Source of the DNA: Eledone cirrhosa | Lineage: Eukaryota | DNA: 64,000 nt | Assembly (NCBI GenBank): GCA_964016885.1 | Contig: OZ024740.1 | Coordinates: 312,604,001 to 312,668,000 of the forward strand | Direction of reading: 5' to 3' | Notes under the pieces: model-generated | The model's database searches: none | Told to the model about the DNA's origin: nothing | The model's input: the letters and a program-made list of their open reading frames with translations, nothing else | Shown here: positions 51,238 to 62,406 of the stretch, piece by piece | Layout: each line of letters opens with the position of its first letter | Position numbering within the stretch: position 1 is the first letter of the stretch | Position numbers and translations under genes: made by a program

Positions 51238-52527
51238 GCTTCTAAATCTACAGCACTCTTTACTCGATGGACATGATACAAATGAATAATGTTTACAGAT
51301 TTCTACAGTAAGCAGATAACATTTCTAAAAATAAATACCTCACCAAAATGTTTGGTTCCACTAAATGATGTTGAGAAGAATTCTATAGTTGTGTCAATGA
51401 CATGACAGCCCTCCCCCATAGTTCTGGTGCCACAATAAACATTCTATAAAGTGATGTGTTAGAAAGGGCATTCAGCTTTAGACACCATGCCAAAATCATG
51501 TATGTAAGCAAGATGTGGCTGGTCCATCTGGAAGGACAGTAACTCTGATTAAGTAGTGACATGGTCTGTGACTATCCATCCAACCCATGCCAACATAGAA
51601 AAGTGGACATTAAATGATGATGACAGCTATTCAATATCAGATAGAGAAAGACTGGACAGCACATTGACTGGTGTGGTTAAAACTGAAAGGCCATGGAGTA
51701 AAAGTCAGTAAATAACTTCTAGGATCAAATATAAATTTACTTTTAATTGTATTATGCAATAGAGTAAGGCAGGCAATTTGGCAGAATCATGAGAGTGATG
51801 GATATGTGTTCCACATCTCTGCATTATGAGTTCAAATCCTGCTAAAGTCTATTTTGCCTTTCATCCTTTCAGAGTCAATAAAGAAAGAACCAGTCCAAGG
51901 CTGATGCAATTCCCTCATCTTCCAGCTGTCATATTCTGGATGTTTTGCAGGATCAAAGGAGGGAAAGGAGTCACAGGAGTGTCTGTGTCTACTTACAACT
52001 GCATGGACACCTAAAAGTCTTAATAAAAACATGCCACACACACTATCAAGTCATATTTGGCCACAAGTAACAGTTGTAGTAGTTTCTACAACACAGTAGG
52101 ACACGGATATTTTAAATCAAGAAATCAATCAGGCACTGTATAAGATACATGTAAAATATTTTTAACTGATTTAGATTAGATATTGTCTCATATAAAAATA
52201 TGAAGTACTTCCTTGTTCTTATGAAACTTACTGTGGACTAAGTTGTGCATCATTGAACTAGAAAACAGCAGTTACACTTCAGTACTTATATTTTTTTATT
52301 TCTGTTAGATTGTCATGTAAAATAAATCAATGACTTCTTTGATCTTATGAAACTAAGTAGTTAACGTTTATTGTTTCTCTGTATTATATTGATTATAGTA
52401 GATTAATTCAGCCTTTCATTCTACTGGTCATCAATATATTTCATGTCATGCACTGAACTGGTTATTTCAATATAAAGTACTGCTTCCACACAAAAGAAAC
52501 ATAGTTGGTATACCATCATTATTATCG

Positions 52528-52910
52528 GTGCCGAGGTTGACTTTGCCTTTCATCCTTACGGGGTCGATAAAATAAAGTACTAGTAATGCACTGGGTAATT
52601 GCTGGCCTTGTGCCTAAAGTAGAAACAATTATTATCGGTGGATTGGCAGTATCGGTAGAGGGTCGGACGTCATGCTTTGACGCATATAGTTACCTCCCTT
52701 TATGATCTGAGTTCAAATCCCGCCGAGGTTAACTTTGCCTTTCATCCTTACGGGGTTGATAAAATAAAGTACCAGTAATGCACTGGAATAATTGCTGACC
52801 TTATGCCAAAAGTAGAAACAATTATTATCACTAGTTCAAATCCCGCCGAGGTTAACTTTGCCTTTCATCATTGCAGAGTCGATAAAATAAAGAAGAAACA
52901 ATTATTATCA
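52528..52910 (+). mobile_element. Head-to-tail trio of Nin-domain-like SINE units
   Basis: One full and two 5'-truncated copies, each ending AACAATTATTATC. Confidence 0.85.
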
Positions 52911-53943
52911 TTACACCCGCTTTCATGCAGGCATGGGTTAAACAGGCTGTCGTGGTTTGATACTAGATGGGTTGGAGAGCCATATCTTGTTCATACCTTC
53001 CATTTTTGGTAGGGTTTTTAACGGCTGCATACCTTTCCTTACAACAACCACTTTACTGATTGAACTGGGTGCATTTTATAGTAGCATTATCACTAGCATT
53101 CCTTACGTTGATGTTTAAAAGAAAGCTAGAAGTACAACTGGGATTTGTATTCGGGTTACTCCGTACATTCGGGTCACTCAGTACAAGCTGTGAATTGGGT
53201 GATGGGCCTCTAAACCCCTTCCCCCTCTACTTTTATCAAGTTACCGGTTCTATCCATATCTAGAAGGCTCTATAGGAATGTTGAATAGAAGTCAGTGACT
53301 ATTTAGTTCGGAAGGATGAAAGGTAAAGTTGACTTCGATAGAATTTAAACAGATAGCATAAAGGGTCGACACTAAATAGCACAGGAATAATTGACTACAC
53401 ATATATAGCAGAGATCGATAATTTTAGGAGCCAAAAAGTTAATGGAAACTCTTTTGTCCTCTTTTGATAAAGTAAAACTAAAGATGTGTTGTAACAGTTA
53501 AATAGTTCTACACACATACACAAGAAAAATATTTCGATTATAACGCTGTACATAAGTTTTTTAAACGAGAAATGTATACATGTGTGTGTGTTTATATATA
53601 TATATTTGTGTGTGTGTATATATAGACACATGTATGGCGTCTTGTCAACATACATATATCTATGTGTGTGTGTGTAACTAAACAACACACATACAACGAT
53701 GCTCCAGTTACGTCACGTCAAATGATGAACCTCACTAAAGTACAGAGGGTGGTTACATAATATATTGGGACCGAGAGAAACGGCTTTCTCTGCGTAGGAA
53801 TGAAGTCGAAAGGGACCTGGATAATCATACATTTTCATATATACATAGACATTTAGGGGGCAAAGCTTTACACATATATATGGAGTCTTCGTGAAACCTT
53901 TGGTAAATGGAATAATTGTTTTGTGTTGTTTATTACATAATTA

Positions 53944-54180
53944 GGCACTACCATGCTATTAGCTGTCAGAAGTGAAAGTTTCGTCAAACTTCTCAATCAT
54001 AAACATCGTTTATTTCTAATTTGGCCCTTTTAAGGGCCACCTATATTTTCATTTAAGTAACTCCACTTACATCGATATACTTTATTAAAATAACGCGTGG
54101 TAATACGGAAATAAACGATGTCTACGATTGAGAAGGTTGACGAAACTTTCACTTCTGACAGCTAATAGCATGGTAGTGCC
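53944..54180. mobile_element. MITE-like foldback element with 73-bp terminal inverted repeats
   Basis: 53944-54016 is the near-perfect reverse complement of 54108-54180 (GGCACTACCATGCTATTAGCTGTCAGAAGTGAAAGTTTCGTCAA...). Confidence 0.85.
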
Positions 54181-54199
54181 CATAATTATATATATATGT

Positions 54200-54263
<64 letters not shown>

Positions 54264-54349
54264 ACATACACACATAAACATATTTCTCCCCCACCTATGT
54301 ATACATCAAACTTACACTTGAAGTTCTATAAGTTATTCAATGGACTTAC

Positions 54350-54437
54350 CTTCACATCGGGTTTCAGCAGCAACCAGGGTCTGTGATAAATTGTCACAGA
54401 CAGCAAATAAAGCAGTTACTAGTAGCAATAACTTCAT
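54350..54437 (-). CDS. MANF: MANF exon 1 (signal peptide)
   Basis: AAA ATG AAG...; encodes MKLLLLVTALFAVCDNLSQTLVAAETRCE with donor G|GTAAGT; joins exon 2 to form CEVC. The four exons total 552 nt (183 aa) with 8 mature-chain Cys. Confidence 0.93.
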
Positions 54438-54689
54438 TTTTAATCAGATCACTAGATGTGTCGAAGGGGATGACAAAAAAAGTGATGTGACACTTCAGGT
54501 CTTGCGTAGGGTGTTTACTCGCTTACTTTGACAATTTGACCAAATGTTAATATAGAGTACTGAGTATAGTTTTCTCTACAGGAGTGGTAACAGTTGCTTT
54601 TTTTTACTATTCTTCCCGAATGAAATATTTGATAAAGATTGAAACTAATATTAACTGTTAAAATAATTGAGAGGTCTCTGTTGTATTTC

Positions 54690-55090
54690 TCAGACGGTCG
54701 TATACGTGTTCTTAACTATTAGTCATCGATTAATTACAAATCAATATATATATATATATTAGTAGCTATCTGAACACTACAAGAGCATCCGATGTTTCCA
54801 GAGTGTCTGAGAATCTGTATACAAATATGACAATCCTATTCATACAAGTTCAATACAATGTGTATGTGGAGCTCTACCAATGTGCCCCGTCAGCGTGTTG
54901 ACTCCGTTACGTCAAGAAACTTGGCGTTCAATGATTGGTTATTTACTGATGCCGGCTATAGTCGGCGAGAATCTCGTTTAAACCTGTTCAAGTCAACGAG
55001 ATAGCCTCTAATTAGAGAGTGCCACTCTACCGGCGGTCTAACACTGATTACCTCCCATTGTCGTTATTATCATCATCATCGACTTAAGTA
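54690..55090. promoter_or_regulatory. CpG-enriched promoter region upstream of MANF
   Basis: Locally high CpG; CCAAT at 54877, ATTGG at 54934, CRE/ATF-like TTACGTCA at 54907. Confidence 0.5.
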
Positions 55091-55489
55091 AGAAGAAGGC
55101 TGAGTAGAAATAAAGGCAACTCATATCACTGGATAATGTTTTCTATCGTCTCAGCCATGGCTTCACCGGTTGTTGTGGCTGGAACAGTGATATCTGCAGG
55201 ATTTGGCCTACATCTTGGTTCATAGGCTGCTTGTGTTGCTTTTACAAAGGTAACCTTTTGAACTATATAAAATTCTTTTGTTTATGTTGATCTATTTAAT
55301 TTACTTCCTAACAGTGACGAGTTCTGTAGAGTTTTGGTAATCATGTCTCGAGAACCTTCTCACTGATAAAGATACACATAAATTTACAGGGAGAAAACCC
55401 TCTGCCGTTCGGTGGAAATTGTTGTAATGGGGTATTTAGCTGGTACTTAAGTCGTGTTGGTTGACATTAGTAATTGTTTTGTTAAAGAA

Positions 55490-56070
55490 TAAATTCTCGG
55501 ATGACTGGGGTGATGCCGTGCCTGTGGCCAACATTGGTGGTCTACTCAGGATGAGCTCCGCATTTCCATTGCATCCAGAGTGGGAGCTGATGTCTGTAGG
55601 AGACCGAGATGTGACTGTGGTAGGTTCCTTGCGCCTACACGCCTTCATGGTTTGTCTTGCTACCAGAATGGTGATCGCTTTGTTCACCACACCGAGCTAA
55701 ACCTGATCATTAATCGGACCCTAACTCGGATAAATATCTCGTCTGTTCTGGAGCCGACTCGAGTTTCCATTTGTCCCTGAGTAAGATATCTCATTTATGA
55801 CTCCAAAGTCAGTGACTCTTTTGCTCTCACCCATATCTTGGATGTTGCGGTAGATGTAGAGGTTACTGCTTCCAGAACCGAACTCAATAAAATTCTAAAG
55901 TACCGGGACATAATCAGTAAACTCTTTTTTCCAGCTTAACACCGTTAGTGGCTCGCCATACCGAGATATCAGGTGATGCCTCTGAGGGTACTTGGTTGTT
56001 TCAGCACCTTCACCACATCATCACCCGCAGTAATGTTGCCAGTGTGTTGGCTTGCCTCAAAAACTATTAG
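55490..56070 (+). mobile_element. Decayed CRE-clade-like retrotransposon 3' fragment
   Basis: LRISIASRVGADVC..RCDCG..HGLSC..HHTELNLIINR..SVLEP zinc-knuckle/RLE region, then K..KY relics. Confidence 0.75.
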
Positions 56071-56279
56071 AGAGAGGTTCCGATGCCCCCTGTGGTGTGT
56101 GACACATTGACGTACTTAGTGTTGAATTGATGTTTTTTGTTTTGGCTTTGTTTATTTTTGTATATTTACAAGGTTCTATGCTGAAAGTGAAGGCAGTGTT
56201 AACTGCAACATAGAATTGATAAATGTGTCCGAATACGGAAGAGCAGAACTCCCGCTGTCATCGCCTTCATTTCTCTAGG

Positions 56280-56830
56280 GTCCCACGTGCTGGCCGCCCC
56301 ACGGCCCCAGAGGACAGATTGGAAAAGACGTTTCCCCGGAGGATGGTAAGGGAGATGCACTGGAAGAGCCATTCCATCTCGTGAGGCTCACACCTGCGGC
56401 TAGTAGGGAGGTAATCCTAGGGCCAAGGACACCAGAAGTTTCCACTGCCATGGGCACGACCACAAAGCTGTCGGAGAGCGACCGATAATTGGAGAGTTTG
56501 CCCTCCTCAGCCTAAAGTGGAGCAGAACCTGTATTAGTCGCAGGCTGCACCATGTCGCGGCTGGAGAAAGTGTCGCTGCAAATGGCATCCCAGACGAGGG
56601 GTTTGACACTGTGGAACAGGAAGATGGTCATACCGTCTGGCCTTTTGCCATCCCCTCTGTCCAGTCCCACCAGCTCGAGCTGGGAGGGGAAGCCTGCAGC
56701 ATCCCATCCAAGCCATGCTTTATGACATCGGTGGGGGCGGCATGGCATGGAAGGCGGCCAGCACTGTAGCGACAGGAAAGTGGGTGGAGGCCGAAAAATC
56801 CACAGTGGATCCGCAGCGACATTGTGTGAT
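56280..56830 (-). mobile_element. CRE-clade-like retrotransposon 3' fragment (zinc knuckle + PD-(D/E)xK endonuclease)
   Basis: CRCG..VD..HPLSC, DGKRPDGMT..LVWD..CSDTF, AEEGKLSNY, PMAVETSGVLG, with stops and frameshifts. Confidence 0.85.
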
Positions 56831-57584
56831 GTGAATTCCATTTTTATGAAACATGAGGGAAAAAAAAACTTCTACCATGCTATTTGTGGGACCACAAAAA
56901 ATGCGCCCAGTACACAATGTAAGGTGATTTGTAATTTTAAGGGCATCCAACTATAGAAAATGTGCCAAAGAGCCAAAAGGATGCTTTAGTTGTGTCAAGG
57001 GCATAACTTTTTCAAGCATTGATGACAATAAAATGCACCCAGTACTCTCTGTATGGTAGTTGGTGAGAAAAAACAAAGTATCAAGAAAACTCTTCAGAAC
57101 CAAAACAACCTCTGTAGTGCTGGTGTCACAATAACATGCACCTAGTGCACACACTTAAGTGTGGGAACATATATAAGAGAGATGTAGTTCCTGCCCTGCC
57201 AGAAGAGGATAACTGGCTCCAATTAAATAGAGAATTGGTCTATAACAGACCATCCAACCATTGCTAGAAAGAATTAGATGTTAAATGATGGTTCTGTATT
57301 ATCTCCTTATAATATATAACCAGCAATTTCTCTGTTTGTCTATCTGTCTCTCCGACAGTGGAAACACGTGCGCGCGTGCGAATGTTTTTTGCGCACGCGT
57401 AGAGTGAGAGTGAAAGAAAGAGACAGACTACGAGAGGGGGAGAGAGAGAGTGAATAGACGCTAAAACACGTGCGCGCGTGCGAATGTTTTTTGCGCACGC
57501 GTAGAGAGAGAGTGAGAGTGAAAGAAAGAGACAGACTACAAGAGGGGGATAGCGGGAGGGAGAGAGGGGGGAATTGAGGAGTGC

Positions 57585-57728
57585 TACAGAAACATATATA
57601 CATTTCTGTGTGTGTGTGTGTGTGTAATATATATATATATACACACAGAAATATATATACATTTCTGTGTGTGTAATATATATATATATATACACACACA
57701 GAAATATATATACATTTCTGTGTGTGTA

Positions 57729-57761
<33 letters not shown>

Positions 57762-57789
57762 GAAATATATATACATTTCTGTGTGTGTA

Positions 57790-57824
<35 letters not shown>

Positions 57825-57840
57825 GAAATATATATATATT

Positions 57841-57877
<37 letters not shown>

Positions 57878-57925
57878 TACACACACAGAAATGTATATAT
57901 ATATACACACAGAAATATATATACA
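57585..57925. repeat. Array of self-complementary ACACACAGAAAT(ATATATAC)ATTTCTGTGTGT units joined by (TA)n; second array at 58470-58612
   Basis: Directly visible; each unit is a 12-bp-stem palindrome. Confidence 0.92.
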
Positions 57926-58158
57926 TCCCTTAGCTACTGTACTGTATCTGTTGCTATCTCTCTCTCTCTCCAGCTATCCCTCTCTTTTAGTCTGTCTGTT
58001 TCTCTCACTCTCACTCTTTCTCTTTGTAACACACTAACATTCCTCCCCTCTATCGCTGTGACGAATGGGGAGATGGAGGAGGAGGAGAGAGTCACTTCGT
58101 CACTTCACCTCTGCCTTTCTTTCTCTCCCCTCTCACTCCTTCATTACGTACAGACATT

Positions 58159-58352
58159 AGGGCGGTGGATTGGCAGAATCTGTAGAGAGTCGGACACCAT
58201 GCTTCATAGCATGGAGTTACGTCCCTTTACGGTCTGAGTTCAAATACCGCCGAGGTTAACTTTGCCTTTCATCTTCACGGGGTCGATAAAATAAAGTACC
58301 AGTAATGTACTAGGTAATTGCTGGCCTTGTGCCAAAAGTAGAAACAATTATT
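58159..58352 (+). mobile_element. Nin-domain-like tRNA SINE
   Basis: Full-length family copy; CATT/ATTAG context at both ends. Confidence 0.88.
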
Positions 58353-58570
58353 AGAAACATTGCTTCATTTTTACATATCTAAGCATTAGTAAAATAACTA
58401 ATAATTTCAAAAGTAATTTTTCAATTCCAATTGTTATGAACAGCAAAACATTAATAATAATTTTGTTCTAAGAAATATATATACATTTCTGTGTGTGTAA
58501 TATATATATATATATACACACACAGAAATATATATACACACAGAAATATATATACATTTCTGTGTGTGTA

Positions 58571-58603
<33 letters not shown>

Positions 58604-59384
58604 GAAATATATGGGCATTTCTCTGTTTGTCTGTCTGTCTGTCCTTCCCTAAAACTCAAATGTAGGTGCTACAGAAATATTACCTTCCCCTTCCTTTCTC
58701 CACTTTGATACTACCAAGAGAAACACTGTCGCTATAGAAACATTACCTTCCCCTCTCCACTGACTTTGGTCACTGAGGCCGAGGGAATCACTGGTTGCTA
58801 TAGCCAGAAGTAACCAGTTCGAGGCGGTTCTGACTTGACACCATGCCAAGGACCATTTGAAGAAGGTTGCCATTGAATTTGTGGTTTGAAGAAGGTTGCC
58901 ATTGAATTTGTGGTTGTTGCTGCTGATAATAAGGACCATTTGAAGAAGGTTGCCATTGAATTTGTGGTTGTTGCTGCTGATAAGGACCATTTGAAGAAGG
59001 TTGCTGCTGATGAGGTAATTTATGAATCAGATTGCGCAGTTCCATAACCTACGTTTGATTTGTTCAATTTTTTTCTTCAATTTTTTTTGTTGTTTATTTT
59101 TATTTCTTATTGAAAAAATATAAATAGTAAAATAAGGTTAGAAATTTAAATACAATTAAATACGATTTAATTTCCATTTCCAGCAGCCAATGTCCAGTGT
59201 TCAATTTCATGAAAAAATTGGAAATAATTCAAAAAATTGAAGTTTAACTTTTGAACATTTGTTTTGACAATAAAAAAATATTTCCTTATTCACACCTAAT
59301 GGTATGATTAAAATTTCGTAGGAATATTTTTTTCTAACCGCCAGTTATTTAAATATTATTAAAAATAAATTTTTTTAAAAAAGA

Positions 59385-60149
59385 ATGGAAGATTTTGTGG
59401 ATTTTTTTACCACCTTCCAAGCCTTAAACACTAATTCTCGCGAATTTGTGTTTTGTAATGATCCTCAGGACGCTGCTATTGTTGATTCCAATAGTGCCTG
59501 GTATTCGAATATGTTAGTATACAATTTTTTTAATAAAATTAAGGCGCAATTAGAGCTGCCAAACAAAATTTTTTTCGGCTTCGGCCCATATTATTTTTGG
59601 GAAAATTCTATTGGCTCTAATGAGTCTGCCTCTGTTGGCGTTATTTACGACAGTCACCATTTCTTGACTTTCAAGTTTGGTTATGCAGACTCATTACCTG
59701 TGCTTGATCTGGCAGATTCGGGTCTTCACTTCAAAAATTTTGACTTTTTTGATCGGATTAAATATTACCTTGATAATGGACACAGGGCTACAGTGAAAAA
59801 AATTGGAATTCTGAATGGATTCAAAACTTTTTCCTTGACCCAAAATTTCGTTTTTAGGTTCAGGGTTCTAAATGTGCAGCAGCAGACTAATGGAACTGAT
59901 TGTGGTCTTTTTGCAATTTTATATTCTTTGATATGGGTTCTAAATTCTAATCCCACAAATTTTGAGTTTTCCACTCAGAATCAAATTAATCTGCTCAGAA
60001 AATTTTTCAGGGATTGCTATAATATCAATAAAATTTTGGAGTCTAATTTTTTAAATCGCAGGGAAGTTGTGAATCCCATTTTATATGAGAATGTTTTTGT
60101 TTTCGACCCTATTAGAAAAACTCTTTCTAATTTAAATCTATATATCTAA
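59385..60149 (+). CDS. Intronless Ulp1/C48-like (clan CE) cysteine protease ORF, probably transposon cargo
   Basis: 254-aa open frame in very AT-rich DNA with QQQTNGTDCGLFA (Q..N..DCG catalytic-Cys motif), an upstream HF (candidate catalytic His) and DS (candidate Asp). Confidence 0.7.
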   Translation: MEDFVDFFTTFQALNTNSREFVFCNDPQDAAIVDSNSAWYSNMLVYNFFNKIKAQLELPNKIFFGFGPYYFWENSIGSNESASVGVIYDSHHFLTFKFGYADSLPVLDLADSGLHFKNFDFFDRIKYYLDNGHRATVKKIGILNGFKTFSLTQNFVFRFRVLNVQQQTNGTDCGLFAILYSLIWVLNSNPTNFEFSTQNQINLLRKFFRDCYNINKILESNFLNRREVVNPILYENVFVFDPIRKTLSNLNLYI

Positions 60150-60734
60150 AACAGAGATGTCTGTCTGTCCGATCATGAAAACTCGAGAACCACCCAACCG
60201 ATTGTTTTCAAACTTTACACATGTAAAGTGAGTGTTTTGAGCAAAAACATTTACAATTTTCAATGCCCTAGGGACCGCATTAGGCGATTTAGCGATCTCT
60301 CTCTATAATTCTTAGTCTTTCTCTTTTTAGATAGATACATAGATATAACGTTGCGCCCTTATAATATCTGTCTGTATGCCTGTCTGTCTGCATTGCGACA
60401 TTATGACGCGGGGTGTGTGTGTGTGTATATGTATATATAGTGTGTAACGTTTTTCGAAATATTTACTTCTGCGTTCACAGATTGATTTTTTTTAGTTTCA
60501 GAAGATTCCGTTAAGGGTGAAAGCAGCGATTCTTTGCTTAAACTTTAATCTGTTATTTTAATATATATATATATATATATATAATTATATATTCGTGTAC
60601 AGATATTTTTAGTATACACAATAACAAATTATAAACAAACGTATTTATTTCACGAGGCTCGATAAGGATAAATATATATCAAATATATAAGAACCCTAGA
60701 GCAAATCCTGAGCAACGCCGGGTCATTCTGCTAG
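60137..60734 (+). mobile_element. Non-autonomous Helitron, unit 1
   Basis: A|TCTATATATCTAAAA..GTCTGTCTGT 5' end; 3' hairpin CCTGAGCAACGCCGGG, then CTAG. Confidence 0.85.
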
Positions 60735-61640
60735 TCTATATATATAAAACTGAGGATGTCTGTCTGTGTGTGTGTGAGTTTGAATCCCTAAAACTCGAGA
60801 ACCACCTAACCGACTGTTTTCAAACTTTACACATGTAATACTTATGTTTCAGGGAGTGTTCTGAGCCCCAAAAAAATTTCACATTTTCAATGCCCTAGGG
60901 ACTGCATTGGGCGATTTAGCGATCTCTCTCTATAATTCTTAGTTTTTCTCTTTTTAGATAGATACATACATATAACGTCGTGCCCTTATAATATCTGTCT
61001 GTATGTCTGATGGTCTGCATTACGTCACTTCCCTGAGGATGTCTGTCTGTGTGTGTGTGTGTGAGTTTGAATCCCTAAAACTCGAGAAGTACCCAACCGA
61101 CTTTTTTCAAACTTTACATGTGTATTACTTATGTTTCAAGGAGTGTTATGCACATTAAAAAAATTCAACTTTTTGATCCCCTAGAACTCGCATTAGGTGA
61201 AAAACTGCGTTTTATTCAGGTTTTTAGGGGTTTTTTGAGGCGTTACGTTAGACTGATTTCCTTGAAATTGTAACTATGTATTAGTCAGTCTCTTCTTCAT
61301 ACCGTGAGTAAAAAAAATCCAACTTTTTATGGACTAGGGCCCGCATTAGGTGAAAAACTTCATTTTTTCAGCTTTTTTGAGGCGTTACGCCTAGCCGATT
61401 TTCCCGAAATTTCAAGGCATATTATGCACATAAAAAAAATTCATTTTCTTGATCCCCTAGGGCCCGCATTAGGTGAAAACCTGTATTTTTCCTGCTTCAT
61501 CGAGGAAAATCTTTAAGATTGTCCAGCCATCAGAATATTCGGTTTATTTTCTTTACATATTGTCGAGGCATGCAATAGGTCTGTTGGCGGCCCGCGTTCC
61601 AAAATACCTTATCCCGTGCAACGCCGGGTACCACTGCTAG
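60735..61640 (+). mobile_element. Non-autonomous Helitron, unit 2
   Basis: TCTATATATATAAAA..GTCTGTCTGT 5' end directly after the CTAG of unit 1; 3' hairpin CCCGTGCAACGCCGGG, then CTAG|T; first ~290 bp homologous to unit 1. Confidence 0.88.
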
Positions 61641-61959
61641 TAATATATATATTTCATTGTTTTAAACGTTCGAATAGAGCTAGTAAGTCATGAGAGACTA
61701 AGGGATGTATCTAACACTTTACAGTTGAGAACAAAAAACAAGACAAACAGATAAGTGAATATAAAAATGAAAATAAAGATATAATTTTAAATAGAAGGCA
61801 AAATAAGCATATAAAAAAGGTAGTAATAGAATGGAAAACAAAGGCAGCTGGAAAGAAGCTAGAGGATTTTGTTGTTGAATTTTTTTGTAACCTCCATGTA
61901 CTCAAAGATTTTGTTTATATTTGGTAGATCTTTTACAATATATTGTATATCCAATCTTG

Positions 61960-62406
61960 GTAGTTTTTTCATGATCAGCTTCAAGCTGTCCTCTCTCTCA
62001 CAGACTGGTAGTTTCTACATTGGAACAAATAGTGCCAAAGAGTTTCTGGGAAGTCACCACAAGATCTTAGAGGTGATTCCCTGCAACCTGTTCCTGATAA
62101 AATGTAATTCAATGGTATATACCCAGTTGAAAGCCAGCATAGTCTTGTTTTATTAACATTGCTCAGTGTCGGATATGTTTTAAATGTCAGATTTAGTTGA
62201 GTAAGTGGAGGATTGAAACTTGAGAGTTTATCTCTAGATTCTTCCTCAAATTTTTCCCACCCTTCACTAATTATATTTTTGCTAAATGATTTCACTTGCG
62301 ATAGATTTGGGACGTAGTCTATATGTATTATCTTCCTTTGAACTCCTTCCTTTGCTAATTCATCCGCTTTCCTATTTCCACTAATGCGTGTGTGGCCTGG
62401 TATCTA
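61960..62406 (-). mobile_element. RNase H-bearing LINE (I/Nimb/Ingi-type) 3' fragment
   Basis: *IPGHTRISGNRKADELAK (RNase H C-terminal motif), followed by CGDFPETLWHYLFQC (zinc-knuckle relic). Confidence 0.78.

Noticed and set aside
54877-54895. ERSE-like CCAAT-N9-CAGCG upstream of MANF
   Set aside because: The second half-site matches CCACG at only 3 of 5 positions, so it is not called an ERSE.
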